In this document: positions 38,691 through 51,692 of the stretch, in pieces
How positions within the stretch are numbered: position 1 is the first letter of the stretch
How the letters are laid out: each line of letters begins with the position of its first letter
Origin: Heterodontus francisci
Taxonomy: Eukaryota
Assembly (NCBI RefSeq): GCF_036365525.1
Contig: NW_027142279.1
Coordinates: 310,001 to 374,000, forward strand
Direction of reading: 5' to 3'
DNA: 64,000 nt
Position numbers and translations under genes: made by a program
Notes under the pieces: generated by a model
Seen by the model: the letters and a program-made list of their open reading frames with translations, nothing else
The model's database searches: none
Told to the model about the DNA's origin: nothing

Positions 38691-39446
38691 TCTGCGGGTA
38701 ATAATCCTCTGCAGGAGAGGATGAAACACTGAGAAGGAGGATGAATTTCGGGAAGTGACTTGAAGAAGCCCACAGCATGGGTTTCACTCGGAAAGGAACA
38801 AACACAGCTTGTTGCAGTTGCACCATGCTGCCACTGGTCGGCGCAGTGGCTCCACTATATTTCGCGCCACCACAGGCTTTGGCGCCGCTGATCAATGAGT
38901 CAATTCCTCTGCTTCTGCAATCTTTTCACTTTAAAGGCTAAATGCAGTTAGATTGCCACTTTACAGTGATGTTATATGAGCCGCCTCCGCTGCCATCGAA
39001 CTATGTATCTTCTCTTCCTCCACTACTGATTTTAATTTGCAAAAGGATGTTAATAATCCCCTGTTGTGCGCCATAAGCTCTGGAGTCACTCAAAGCAGCT
39101 ATCGTTGCACCGCTCCTTGTTTTTTTCACCTACCCTCTCCAACACCTCGCTACCTTCAAAATTTCCCTCGATTCAGCATGAAAGCAAGCTCACAAAGGGA
39201 AGAGAGTGAAGATATTGGCAGCAGAGTAGAAAGTGGGGAGGAAGGAGGGAAATGGAGAGAAGAAACAAGTGGAAAGGGGCGGAAGGAAGCAAACAAAAGA
39301 ATGGGGGACAACTTAAAGGTAGGGGCGGGGATCATTGCCTTGAGATAACTTCCTCTGATGACGATCCGCTCTGCCTACACCTCATCTCTCTCCCTCCCTT
39401 AAAACCCAGAGTAACCAGCAGAAAGTCTCTCAGATCCACAGCAAAC

Positions 39447-40180
39447 ATGTCTTTCAGTTTCATCGTCTTTGCTATTTCCCTTCTGGCGCTGAGTAGGTTA
39501 AAATTCTGTCCCAATCAATCTTCTACATTTGTTTAACTGAAAGGGATGATTAATAATCTCTATAAAACTGAGCGGCGGTGACTTGTGAAATCAGTAATCG
39601 ATTATTTCATATCAGACAGTGAACTCATTCATCTGTCCCCTAGTTCGGGAAGACAAGTGTTATTAATATGATGTTAACTCTTTAATGTTTGCACCCACTT
39701 GCAAACTTGTGGATTCCACGATTCTATTTTACAGTTGTAAAGATCCAGGTGCTTGCAGGAAATTAGGACACAGACCGAATTTCCGTCGTTAATTTGGTGC
39801 AACACCGACGTCCATCGTCTCAATTGTAACTCCATCGATACTAGTTCATTCCCTCTAATTTCTCTTTCTAGGTGTTTGCCGGGGTGATGTGATACATCAA
39901 TGGCCTCAGTCACTGGCTGTTAAACAACCAGGACCCGTGGAAATGAACTGTCTGCAGAAAGGAACAGTTCGCAACTACATGTACTGGTATCGTCAGTCCC
40001 CCGGCAGAGGATTCCTGTTAATCGGGTTTACATTAGCAGCAGGTGAACCTCAGTATGAAGATGGATTTAAGAGCGGGTTTGTTATTACCAGGACTCTGAA
40101 CAATAAGAAATCCACTCTGACGATCGAGAGTGTGAACGCCACGGACGAGGCGGTGTATTTCTGTGCAGCTGGTGATGGGA
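39447..40180 (+). CDS. TRBV: TCR V segment, family B, apparently functional; leader 39447-39492, V exon 39872-40180
   Basis: MSFSFIVFAISLLAL|gtaggt; DVIHQWPQSLAVKQPGPVEMNCLQKGTVRNYMYWYRQSPGRGFLLIGF..YEDGFKSGFVITR..ATDEAVYFCAAG. Confidence 0.9.
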
Positions 40181-40219
40181 CACAGCGGTTCAGAGTCATT
40201 GGCCGCCTTGACAAAAACC
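40181..40219 (+). other. 23-RSS
   Basis: CACAGCG-23-ACAAAAACC. Confidence 0.95.
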
Positions 40220-40419
40220 CTCGCACGTCTCCCTTCAAACGGGTGCATTTAACCCAGCATTCGGTGAAGAGCAGCCCTGGCTGATCGGATGCGGATCTGC
40301 ATCTGTTCAGTGCCCGTTCGAGTGGCAGAACGCCCATGTTCTAACTCCCCACAACCTCCAGACAGGCAACACACACTGTCTGTGCCCACACCTGAATAAT
40401 GGTTCATAGAACGGCTCTT

Positions 40420-43400
40420 CAACACGTACCTCTGTCAGACCACACCTGGAGCACTGTGCACAATTCTCAGTTCTATATGCCTGTGTAGACGACATCTGAA
40501 GTGCTGGGGACAGTTCTTACATCCAAATACCTTACCTAGTGCGCATTTGGAGCCCTGTGTACAGTTCTGGTTTCCATCGACCTTGATTGGACCAAATCTG
40601 CAGTGCTGTGCAGAGTGCTGGTCTCCATATTACACAGAGAGATACGAGCAGAAGTACAAAAACGATTTACAAGAATGATACCGGAGCACAAAAGGTTATA
40701 ACTATGAGGAAAGATTGAAAAGTCTGGGATTCTTTTCCCCAGTCAAGAGAAGGCTGAGGGGTGACCTGATAGAGGTGCTCAAGATTATGAAAGAATATGA
40801 CAGGGCAGAGAAGATGTCTGTATTTGTGAGGAAGGTAATGAATACATCATACTCACTAATTACTCCCAGAAATGAATTTACACAGAGTGGTAAGAATGTG
40901 GAATTCACTAACACACAGAAATAAATGATGTGTATAACCAGATATATATAAATGGATGCTGGATAAAAACATTAGGGAGAAGGAAATAGCACGTCATACT
41001 GATAGGGCTGGTTGAAGACATTGTTCATGTTCTTTCATCGGATGTGGGAATAAAATGTGAGAATAAGCTAACCAGCAATATAAAAACAGATGGTCGGAGC
41101 TTTTACATAAAAAGCAAGAGAGTAGCTGAAGCTGACGAAGTTGGTTCCTTCGAGGTAAAGGCAGGTGAAATCATCATGAGGAATGGGGAAATAGCAGGGA
41201 AATTGAACTAATATTTTGTGCTTGTCTTCACAGTTGAAGACACAAGTTCCATCCCAGAAATAGGCAGTTATCTGGGGCTTAAAAAGAGTGAGGAAATTAA
41301 GGATATTCATATCAATTGAGAAAAACTTTTGGAGAAACCTGAGGGATTAAAATCTGACAAGTCCCCTGGAACAGATGGATTATATACCAGAGTTCTAAAA
41401 GAGATAGCTGCAGAGAGAGTGTGGGCGCTGGTTATGATTTGCCAGAATTCCTTAGATTCAGGAATGGTCCCATCGGAATGAAAGTTAACAAATGTTCCAC
41501 GGCTTTTCAAGAAAAGAGGCAGTGAGAAATCTCAGGATAAGGGATCAGTCATTCCGGACTGAGATGAGGAGAAATGACTTCACTCAAAGGTTTGTGAAAC
41601 TTTGGATTTCTCTACCCCAGAGTGTTGTGGATGCTCCTTCACTGAATACATTTAAGGCTGGAATTTTTGATCCCTCAGGAAATGAAGGGATATGGGGAGC
41701 AGGCAGGAAAGTGGAATTGAAGCCCAAGATCAGCCATGATTGTATTGAATGACGGAGCAGGCTCGATGGGATATATTGTCTTCACCCGCTCCAATTTCTT
41801 GTGTTCTGTGGGTCTCAAGTCACTTGTAGGCCAGACCAGGTAAGGACGGTGGATTTCCTTCCCTAAAAGAAATGAGTGAGCCAGCTGGGTGTCAGGGCCC
41901 CTTAACAGAGACAAGCTTTCAATTGCAGATTTTCTGATGAAATGATTGTATTTATTCATTAATTGAATTTAAATTCCACCATCTGACCTGGTAAGATTCT
42001 AACGCATGTCCCGTAGAGATTCACCCCGGCCTAATTCGATGTCACCAGCGTCAGCAGCCGAAGCAATGGATAAAAAATGGGAAGACGGAGCAATTACAAA
42101 GCATGTCTTCATAATGCCTATTTTATCAATTGCACTGTGCAAATCTCAGGTGCCTGTAGTTACACATTACAGCCACGAGATGGGGATGGAGCTCCACCGC
42201 AGTCTGAGTCCCACTTGCTTCTGAAAAGACTGAGCGAGCAAAGCAGCAGTGACTTGACCAATCTACCAAATAGTCAATTCCACTAACTCTGAAACAGATT
42301 AAAATCATAACCATTCCACCCAAAATAGACAACTGGATTTCCCCAAGTCTGCTCGTTCATAGTGACTGGTTTGATAAAACACTTGTGATATACTAAAACA
42401 AATGATCTGAAGGAAGTAAAGAGGGGAAGCAAAGTTAGAAAACAGTGAAAGAAAAATGGAGAAGGAGGAATTTCATATAAAGAAACACATTCAGGGATGT
42501 GCACATCACTGACAATGTCAGTATTCATTATCTATGCCGAATTGCCCTTAACTGAATGACTTGCTCGCCCATTTCAGAGGCAGTTAACAGTGAACTACAT
42601 TGCTATCAGGTGATGCATTTTGGCAGCAGGGAGACAGAGAGGAAATACAGACTTAATGACACAGGCCTGAAGAGTGTTCAAGGGCAGAGGGACCTGGGGG
42701 TTAATGTGCATAGATCTTTGAAGGTGGCAGGACATATTGAGAGAGAGGTTCACGAAGCTTATGGGATCTTGGGATTCATGAACAGAGGTATAAAGTACAA
42801 AAGCAGGGTGGTTATGCTCAACATATATGAGGTTCTGGTTAGGCCCCAACTTGAGTACTGAGCCCGGTTCTGGTCACCACACTTTCGGAAGGATGTAGGG
42901 TCCTTGAGAGGGTGCAGAGGAGATTTACCGGGATGGTTCCAGGGATGAGAGATTTTAGCTACATGGTTAGTTTGGTGAAGCTGGGGTTGTTCTCCTTGGA
43001 GCAAAGGAAATTGAGGGGAGATTTCACAGAAGTGTACAAAATGAAGAGAGGTTTAGATAAAGTAGACAAAGAAAAACTGTTCCCATTAGCTGATTGTACA
43101 AAGACTAGGGGACGAAGAGGATAGGAACAAAACAGAGAATAAAAGCTGAGAAAAACTGAAATCCGATAGGGAGTTGAGGAGAATTCTTTACCCAAAATAC
43201 AGAATTCAATGCCAGCAGAAACTGCTAAGACAAAGGCAAGAACAGGAAGGGGCCATTCAGGCCCTCAATTCTGTACCACCATTCAATGAGACCATGGCTG
43301 ATCTGTGATCTAACTCCATATTCCCACCTTTGCCCCATATCCCTTAATATTTATTTTGGATCACAAAAACCTATCCATCTCCGATTTCAAATTAACAATT

Positions 43401-43565
43401 GATTCAGCATCAATTTCCGTGAGCAGAAGAGAGTTCAAACCTCTCCACCCATTGTGCGTAAAAGTGTTTCCTAATTTCACTCCTGAAAAGTCTGGCTCTA
43501 ATTTTTAGTCTTGGCCTCTTAGTCCTAGATTCCCAAACCAGCGGAAATAGTTTCTCTCTATCTAC
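40420..43565. mobile_element. Cluster of CR1 and SINE fragments
   Basis: KRRLRGDLIEVLKIMK, QRRFTGMVPGMRDFSY, VHRSLKVAGHIE; reverse CR1 tail 43240-43565. Confidence 0.8.
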
Positions 43566-43566
43566 T

Positions 43567-43694
43567 CCCAAAGACTAAATAAATACGACTTCAAACTGGA
43601 GACCTCCAGCCTGCGGGAGAATCACTCGGCCGTGTATTTCTGTGCCTGGAGAGATCACAGTGACTCAGAGAGATGGAGCCGTTCAACAAAAACA
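43567..43694 (+). pseudogene. TRBV: 5'-truncated family-A V relic with intact 23-RSS (43656-43694)
   Basis: ..DFKLETSSLRENHSAVYFCAWRD then CACAGTG-23-ACAAAAACA; upstream replaced by CR1. Confidence 0.88.
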
Positions 43695-44807
43695 CCAAAG
43701 GCAGCAGGAAACATCTGTTACAGATAAAATTGCTCGGTACCTTGACCTACTGTTCCCTTATTCAGAGTGACAGTGTTTATTACAATAAAAAGAGTTGAGT
43801 TATGATTGTAGTGACACACTAGATTTACAGGTACTGCCGAGGGTGCAGAGAACGATTAATAAGGATGTCACGAGATTTCAGAATGTAACTATCAGGAATC
43901 AATGACAATAATCTGGGTATTCATACACTGACCCTGTGTTGACCTTCTCCACAGGGACAGCAGAGGGGGATCCAGGACCATAGACCGGACAATGGCTTTG
44001 AGAAGGATTTAGTGAGAAAACTAATAGAGCAGGAGATCATGCAGATCCAGCTTGATATACATCAACAGGACAAGGACACCCACTCCTTTAGAGAGAGAAA
44101 GAGAGTGTATGTGTGTGAAAGAGAGAGCGAGATCCAGTGAGAGAGAGGAAAAACGACAGGTAGAGTTAAAGAGACTGAGACAGAGAGGGAGACAGAGATA
44201 GAGGCAAAGACAGTGAGACAGCAAGAGACACATAATGAGAGAGAGAGAGAGACACTGAGAGAGAGACGGAGAGAAAGAGAGACTGAGCTAAAGAGCCTGC
44301 GACAGATAGGAAGATAGATCAAGAGAGAGACAGAGACAGGGAAATAAACTGAAGAGATAACAAGAGTAAGAGAGAGGGAGAGTCAGAGAGAAGGAGGGAA
44401 TGGGAGACATAACCTTAGATACATGAGGAGACAGAGAGTCAGAGAGAAAAAGTGAGCGAAGATAGACTGAGATAGAATGGGAGAGAGAGTCTGAGAAAGG
44501 AAGAGAGTGGGAGACATAAACCTAGACACATGAGGGGAGAGAGAGAGAGAGACAGAGAGAGAGTGCAAGAGAGCGGAAGGTAAACTGAGATAGAGATAGA
44601 TAGAGAGAGAGAGAGAGAAGCAGAATGGCAGCCAATTCAATTCTGATTTGTTGAACTGGGTGAATGGGCGTCTCCAACATTGTATCACATCCTAATGCTC
44701 TTCATGTTCCTCCCAATGATTTGAAAAGAGTGGATTTGGACCGTTACAAGACTCGAAGCTCCTGATCTCACTCCTGTGTCTATTAAGAGAACAGGTTATA
44801 GTGAAAG

Positions 44808-45260
44808 ATGTATCAGTTACTGGGTCTGATAATCCTGTTTCATTGTAAGTGAGTGTGAAATGCAAAAACTATCGTTAATAACTTTCCTCTCTTCTCCCTG
44901 TCTCCCTTTCATTCCCAGAAGTTTCCTGTTTACTGATCTGCTCTTCTCTCCATCTCTCTCCCAGATGTGAACTCACAGACTATCCACCAGACTCCCGCCG
45001 CTGTCTCCAGATTGCGTGGAGAGGCAGTGGAACTGAGGTGCACAGTGGAGGGCACCAGTACTGCTAGAATGTACTGGTACAGACAATACCCGGGGAAGGA
45101 GCCGCTGTTGATTGTTTACTCCACTACTGCTAACTATGTGGATCCAGAGGGGATGGTGGGCGGTTTCACCGCCGAGAGACCAACTGACTCCCAGTTCAAC
45201 CTGGAGTCCTCCAGCCTGCGGGAGAATCACTCGGCCGTGTATTTCTGTGCCTGGAGTCCT
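44808..45260 (+). CDS. TRBV: TCR V segment, family A, apparently functional; leader 44808-44844, V exon 44965-45260
   Basis: MYQLLGLIILFH|gtaagt; SQTIHQTPAAVSRLRGEAVELRCTVEGTSTARMYWYRQYPGKEP..NHSAVYFCAWS; RSS CACAGTG-23-ACAAAAACC 45261-45299. Confidence 0.92.
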
Positions 45261-46096
45261 CACAGTGACTCAGAGAGATGGAGCAGTTCAACAAAAACCC
45301 CAAAGGCAACAGGAAACACCTGTTTCAGATAAACCCAGACGGTGCTGCATCCTGCTGGATGTTTTTGTCATTGGGAACATGTTTTTCACAAGAAGACAGG
45401 GCGGATTTAAAGAGAAAGAGATTAGATTTAGAGACAGTGGAAAATTGCGAGATAGAATTTCGAGGAATGAAACCGATACTGAGAAGTTATAGCGATCAAA
45501 GTAGTCTGAACCAGAGAAGAGAAGACTGAAGGATAAACCTTTAGTGTTCTTAGAGAGATTCTGAAAGGGTTTAATGNNNNNNNNNNNNNNNNNNNNNNNN
45601 NNNNNNNNNNNNNNNNNNNNNNNNNNNNNNNNNNNNNNNNNNNNNNNNNNNNNNNNNNNNNNNNNNNNNNNNNNNNNNNNNNNNNNNNNNNNNNNNNNNN
45701 NNNNNNNNNNNNNNNNNNNNNNNNNNNNNNNNNNNNNNNNNNNNNNNNNNNNNNNNNNNNNNNNNNNNNNNNNNNNNNNNNNNNNNNNNNNNNNNNNNNN
45801 NNNNNNNNNNNNNNNNNNNNNNNNNNNNNNNNNNNNNNNNNNNNNNNNNNNNNNNNNNNNNNNNNNNNNNNNNNNNNNNNNNNNNNNNNNNNNNNNNNNN
45901 NNNNNNNNNNNNNNNNNNNNNNNNNNNNNNNNNNNNNNNNNNNNNNNNNNNNNNNNNNCAGATAACTAGATAGATAAATGGGTAGATAGATAGGTAGATA
46001 GGAAGGTAGATCGATCGGAAGAGAGATAGATAGGTAAATAGATATACAGACACTGTTGTGGTTTATTCACTGACAGTGTTGTCTTTCTCCACAGGG

Positions 46097-46111
46097 ACAG
46101 CAGAGGGCGGT
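46097..46111 (+). promoter_or_regulatory. CTCF-like motif downstream of family-A V (paralogues at 43957, 48350, 49018, 50273, 52985)
   Basis: ACAGCAGAGGGCGGT versus core CCAGCAGAGGGCGCT; conserved flanking ..ctccacaggg / aggacc context. Confidence 0.55.
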
Positions 46112-46329
46112 GTAGGACCGTGATAAGTATCAGATTATTGATGATGTTTCAATCGGGACTTTGAAACTTGTCCATGAACCGCTCCTGATAATTAAATAAC
46201 TACATCCCGTTTACAGTCTGGTGAACTGAACACAAGGTACCGCAGATGCTGGATGGTTTAGGTTCTGGGCGCTAAGTCACTATATTGGTGCTCGTTGCCT
46301 TTCTGGGTTATAAATAAATAAGGATGGAA

Positions 46330-46880
46330 ATGTTAATCAGATCAGACAGCCTCTGTGGAGGGAGAAAAAAACATTCGCATATCAGGTCGTAGATCTTTCA
46401 GCAGAACTGGAAGGATTTAGAGATCTATTAACTTTTAAGCAGCACAAAGTCAGAGAGACGGGCAATGGGAGAAATGCAGGAGAGATTGAATAACAAAACT
46501 GAGGCTGGTGCAAGACAAAGGGGAAGTTAATGGGTCAAGTAAAGAACAAAAGATGGGTCTAGAAGAGGCAGAACTGGCAGAAACACAATCATTACCAACA
46601 AGCCTCTGTCCAAATAAACCGGAGCAGTGGTTATGATCAGAAATGGTTAAACTCGCAGTTGAGTTCAGAAAGCTGTAAAGTGTCCAATTGAAAGATGAGG
46701 TGCTGTTCTTCGAGTTTCTGTTGAGCTTCATTGGAGCAGAGAAGGAGTTCGAGGAAAGAGAGGTCATGGTGGGAGTGGGAATGAGAATTAAAAATGTCCA
46801 CTAACCGGAATCTCAGGGTCACACTTGCAGCCTGAATGCAGGATGTTCCACAATGCTGTCACCCTGTTGCTGTATTTGGC
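46330..46880 (-). mobile_element. Penelope-like GIY-YIG C-terminal fragment (duplicated at ~50510-51050)
   Basis: FNSHSHSHHDLSFLELLLCSNEAQQKLEEQHLIFQLDTLQLSELNCEFNHF. Confidence 0.8.
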
Positions 46881-47533
46881 CTCTGCAACTAGTCCCACTC
46901 CCCCTGCCCTTTCTACATAACACTGCACATTTTCCCTTCAGATAATTATCCAAATTTCCTTTTGAAAGCCACGATTGAACATGCGTCCCCCGCACTCTCA
47001 GATAGTGCATTCCAGATCCTCACCACTCACTGCGTCAAAACGTTTCCTCAGTTCACCTTTGGATCTTTTGCCAATTACCTTCAATAAGTGCCCTCTGGTT
47101 ACCAATACATCCGCCCATGAAACACAGAGACAGAGAGGGTGAATCAGGGAGACATAGAGAGGAAAAACTCAACATAAATGAACGGGACAGAGGGAGACAG
47201 AGAGAGAAAAATACACACACACACACACACAGATACAGTGAGAAAGAGATTGAAAGAGTGGGAAACATAAAGCTCGATACATGCAGAGAGAGAGAGAGTG
47301 AGGAACAAAGAGTAAGAAAGACAGAGGAAGGCGGATTGAGATAGATAGAGAGAGAGACATTGACAACCTACTCCACTCTGACTTGTTGACGTGGGTGTCA
47401 CCATCTCTGCATCACTTCCTAATGCTCTTCCTTTTCCTCCCAATGATTTGTAAAGAGTGGGTTGGTTATTGACAACACTGATCACTCCTGCTCTCTCCCC
47501 TTTGCTGATTCAGAGGGCAGCTTAAAGTAAAAA

Positions 47534-48007
47534 ATGTATCTGTTACTGACTCTGATCACCCTGTTTCACCGTAAGGCATTTTATTGAAACAATAATTATA
47601 CTTAACATTTCTTTCGTTTTATTTTTCTTTGATTTTCTCTCTCTCTCCTCTTTCTCCCCACTGGACTGAATGTTACTGTTTACTGATCTCCTCCTCTCCC
47701 TGTCTCTTTCCCAGATGTGAACTCACAGACTATCCACCAGACTCCCTCCGCTGTCTCCAAATTTCCTGGGGAGCAGGTGAAGCTGAAATGCACCGTGGAA
47801 ACGACCAGTGACCCTTACATGTACTGGTACAGACAATACCCGGGGAAGGAGACGCAGTTTATGTTTTACTCCACGGGTGCCAATCTCGTATCTCCAGAAG
47901 AGGTGGATGGTTTTACCGCCGAGAGACCAAGTAACTCGGAGTTCAACCTGGAGTCCTCCAGCCTGCGGGAAAATCACTCGGCCGTGTATTTCTGTGCCTG
48001 GAGTCTT
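47534..48007 (+). CDS. TRBV: TCR V segment, family A, apparently functional; leader 47534-47570, V exon 47715-48007
   Basis: MYLLLTLITLFH|gtaagg; SQTIHQTPSAVSKFPGEQVKLKCTVETTSDPYMYWYRQ..CAWS; RSS CACAGTG-23-ACAAAAACC 48008-48046. Confidence 0.92.
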
Positions 48008-49382
48008 CACAGTGACTCAGAGAGATGGAGCAGTTCAACAAAAACCCCAAAGGCAGCAGGAAACACCTGTGGAGGATAAAGGTGCTCGGTGCTGCCGCTT
48101 GGTTTTTGTGCAGGGCGATTGTTTTTGTGATGATAAGAAGACAAGTGAGAATAAAAGTGAGATAATAGATGTACAGGCACTGACGAAGAGACAATAAACG
48201 GACCTCATCTGTGCGGTAAAACTTTCGATCTCTCTCTGAATGATTAACAAGGATAACACCAGATCTGAGGTTGTAACTATCAGGAAAGATCAACAATAAA
48301 ACGACTTGAGTTCTTCTGCACTGACACTGAGTTTTCTTCCTCTATAGGGTTAACAGAGGGCGCTCCAGGACCATTAATACACAATGGACGAGAAAACATT
48401 TAATCGGAAAACAGAAAGAGGCAGAGGTCATGCAGCCCTCGAGCTTCATAGACAGTGACAGGAGAAGGACATTCATCACCTTAAAGAGGGATACGCACAC
48501 ACACACACACACACACACAGCGAGAGAGACAAAGAGAGGGAGACAGAGTGTGTGAGAGAGGGTGAGAACAAGATTGAGAGGAAAACTGACAGAGACAAAG
48601 GGACTGAGACAGAGAGACGGAGACAGAGCGATTGAGACTGAGAGGAGGAGAGAGAGGAGAGGGAGGAGGACAGAGAGGGGGGCCAAGAAAGAACCAGAGA
48701 GAAAACAAAAAAAAAAGACAGAGGAAGAGACTGAAACAGATTGGGAAACAGACACACACATACACACACACTCACAAAGACTGAGACAGGGACAGAAAGA
48801 CAGAGAGCAGTAAAACAGAGGGGGTCAGTGATCTAAAGACAGAGCGAGTGAAAAATACACGCACACACATGCACTGCTATGTATCCGTGTCTATTCATTT
48901 TCCAGCTCATTGAATAAGAATATCCCGTGATCTCAGGATAGTAACTGTCAGGAAAGAATAACAATAAAAGGACTGGGGCTGTTATAGATTGACACTGTGT
49001 ATATTTTCACCACAGGGACAGCTGAGGACGCTCTAGGACCATGTGATGAACAATGGCTTTGAGAAGGAGTTCATAGGATAACTCAAACAGTGGGAGATCA
49101 TACAGACCTCCAGGTTGATATACATGACCAGGAGAAGGACACCCACCTCCTTAGAGAGAGAGAGAAAGAAAGAGAGAGAGACTGAGAGAGAAATTGGGAC
49201 ATTTACAACCAACTCGATTCTCATTTGTTGATGTGGGAAATGAACGTCACCATCTCTGCATCACTTCCTAATGCTCTCCCTGTTCCTCCCAATGAGTTGT
49301 AAAGAGTGGGTTGGTTATTGACAACACTAATCACTCCTGCTCTCTCCCCTTTGCTGATTCAGAGGGCAGCTTAAAGTAAAAG

Positions 49383-49852
49383 ATGTATCTGTTGCTGACT
49401 CTGATCACCCTGTTTCACCGTAAGGGATTTTATTGAAACTATAATTCTACTTAACATTTCTTTAGGTTATGTTTTTACTTCTTTCTCTCGTTCTCTCTCC
49501 CCACTGGACTGAAGTTCCCTGTTTACTGATCTCCTCCTCTCCCTGTCTCTTTCCCAGATGTGAACTCACAGACTATCCACCAACTCCCGCCGTTGTCTCC
49601 AAATTTCCTGTGGAGCAGATGAAGCTGAAATGCACCGTGGATGGCACCAGGAACCCTTACATGTACTGGTACAGACAATACCCGGGGACGGAGCCGCAGC
49701 TGATGATTTACTCCCTAACTGTACAAAGGGTGAACTCAGAGGGGACACTGGATGGTTTCACCGCCGAGAGACCGACTGACTCCGAGTTCAAACTGGAGTC
49801 CTCCGGCCTGCGGGAGAATCACTCGGCCGTGTATTTCTGTGCCTGGAGTCTT
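49383..49852 (+). pseudogene. TRBV: Family-A V with 1-nt FR1 deletion; leader 49383-49419, V exon 49558-49852
   Basis: CACCAACTCCC at 49578-49588 versus CACCAGACTCCC in paralogues; RSS heptamer CACAGTA, nonamer ACAAAAACC (49853-49891). Confidence 0.85.
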
Positions 49853-51692
49853 CACAGTAACTCAGAAGGTTGGAGCAGTTCAACAAAAACCCCAAAGGCA
49901 GCAGGAAACACCTGTTTCAGATAAAACCAGGCTGTGCTGCGTCCTGTTGGTTGTTTTTGGCATTGGAAAAGTGTTTTTCACAAGAAGACAGGGCGGATTT
50001 AAACAGAAAGTGAGAGGTTAGAAATAGAAGCACAGGGGAATTGTGAAATAGACTTTACAGGAATGATATCGGAACAAAGATAGTTTGAACATCTTTGCTC
50101 CAGAAAGGAGAAGACTGAAGGGTGAACATTCATAGTTCTTAGAAAGATTATGAAAGGGTTTAATGTGTGAAGTGAAGATCAGATAGGTAGGGAGATAGGT
50201 CGATAGAAAGCTGGTCGGCAGACAGACAAAGTTGTGTTTTATTCACTGACAGTGTTGTCTTTATCCACAGCGACAGCAGAGGGCGGTGTAGGACCGTGAT
50301 AAGTATCAGATTATTGATGATGTTTCAATAGGGACTTTGAAACTTGTCTATGAACCTCTCCTGATAATTACAAAACTACATCCCGGTTACAGTCTGGTGA
50401 ACTGAACACAAGGTACCGCAGATGCTGGATGGTTTAGGTTCTGGGCGCTCTGTCACTGTATTGGAGCTCATTGTGTTTCTGGGTTATAAATAAATAAGGA
50501 TGGAAATACTAATCAGGTCAGACAGCCTCTGTGGAGAGAGACAAAACATATCAGGTCGTAGACCTTTCAACAGAACTGGAAGGATTTAGTGATCTATCAG
50601 CTTTGCAGCAGCAGAAAGCCAGGGAGAGGGAGAATGGGAGGAATGCAGGAGAGATTTAATAACTAAACTGAGGCTGGTGCAAGACAAAGGGGAAGTTAAT
50701 GGGTCAAGTAAAGAACAAGAGATGGGTCGAGAGGAGATGGAAATGGCAGAAACGCAATCATCACCAACAAACCTCTGCCCATAGAAACTGGAGCAGTTGT
50801 TATGATCGGAAATTGTTTAACTCATTGTTGAGCCCTGAAAGCTGTAAAGAATCCAATTGAAAGATGATGTGCTTTTCTTCGAGTTTCTGTGGAGCTTCAC
50901 TGGAGCAGAGAAGGAGGTCGAGGACAGAGAGGTCAGGGTGGGAGTGGGAATGAGAATTAAAAGTATCCGCTAACCGGAATCTCAGGGTCACACTTGCAGC
51001 CTGAATGCAGGATGTTCCACAATGCTGTCACCCTGTTGCTGTACTTGGTCTCTGTAGCTAGTCCCACTCCTCCTGCCCTTTCTACATAACACTGCACATT
51101 TTCCCTTCAGATAATTATCCAAATTTCCCATTGAAAGCCACGATTGAATCTGCCTCCCCCGCACTCTCAGGTAGTGCATTCCAGATCCTCACCACTCACT
51201 GCGTCAAAACGTTTCCTCAGTTCACCTTTGGATCGTTTGCCAATTACCTTCAATAAGTGCCCTCTGGTTACCAATACATCCGCCCATGAAACACAGAGAC
51301 AGAGAGGGTGAATCAGGGAGACATAGAGAGGAAAAACTCAACGTAAAAGAACGGGACAGAGGGAGACAGAGAGAGAAATACACACACACACAGATACAGA
51401 GAGAGAAAGAGATTGAAAGAGTGGGAGACATAAAGCTCGATACATGCAGAGAGAGAGAGTGAGGAACAATGATTAAGAAAGAGAGAGGAAGGCGGATTGA
51501 GATCGATAGAGAGAGACATTGACAAACTACTCCACTCTGACTTGTTTACCTGGGCGTCACCATCTCTGCATCACTTCCTAATGCTCTTCCTTTTCCTCCC
51601 AATGATTTGTAAAGAGTGGGTTGGCTATTGACAACACTCATCACTCCTGCTCTCTCCCCTTTGCTGATTCAGAAGGCAGCTTAAAGTAAAAG

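Noticed and set aside
38771-38806. CACAGCA..ACAAACACA RSS-like pair after the orphan leader
   Set aside because: The spacer is 20 nt and no V coding sequence precedes it.
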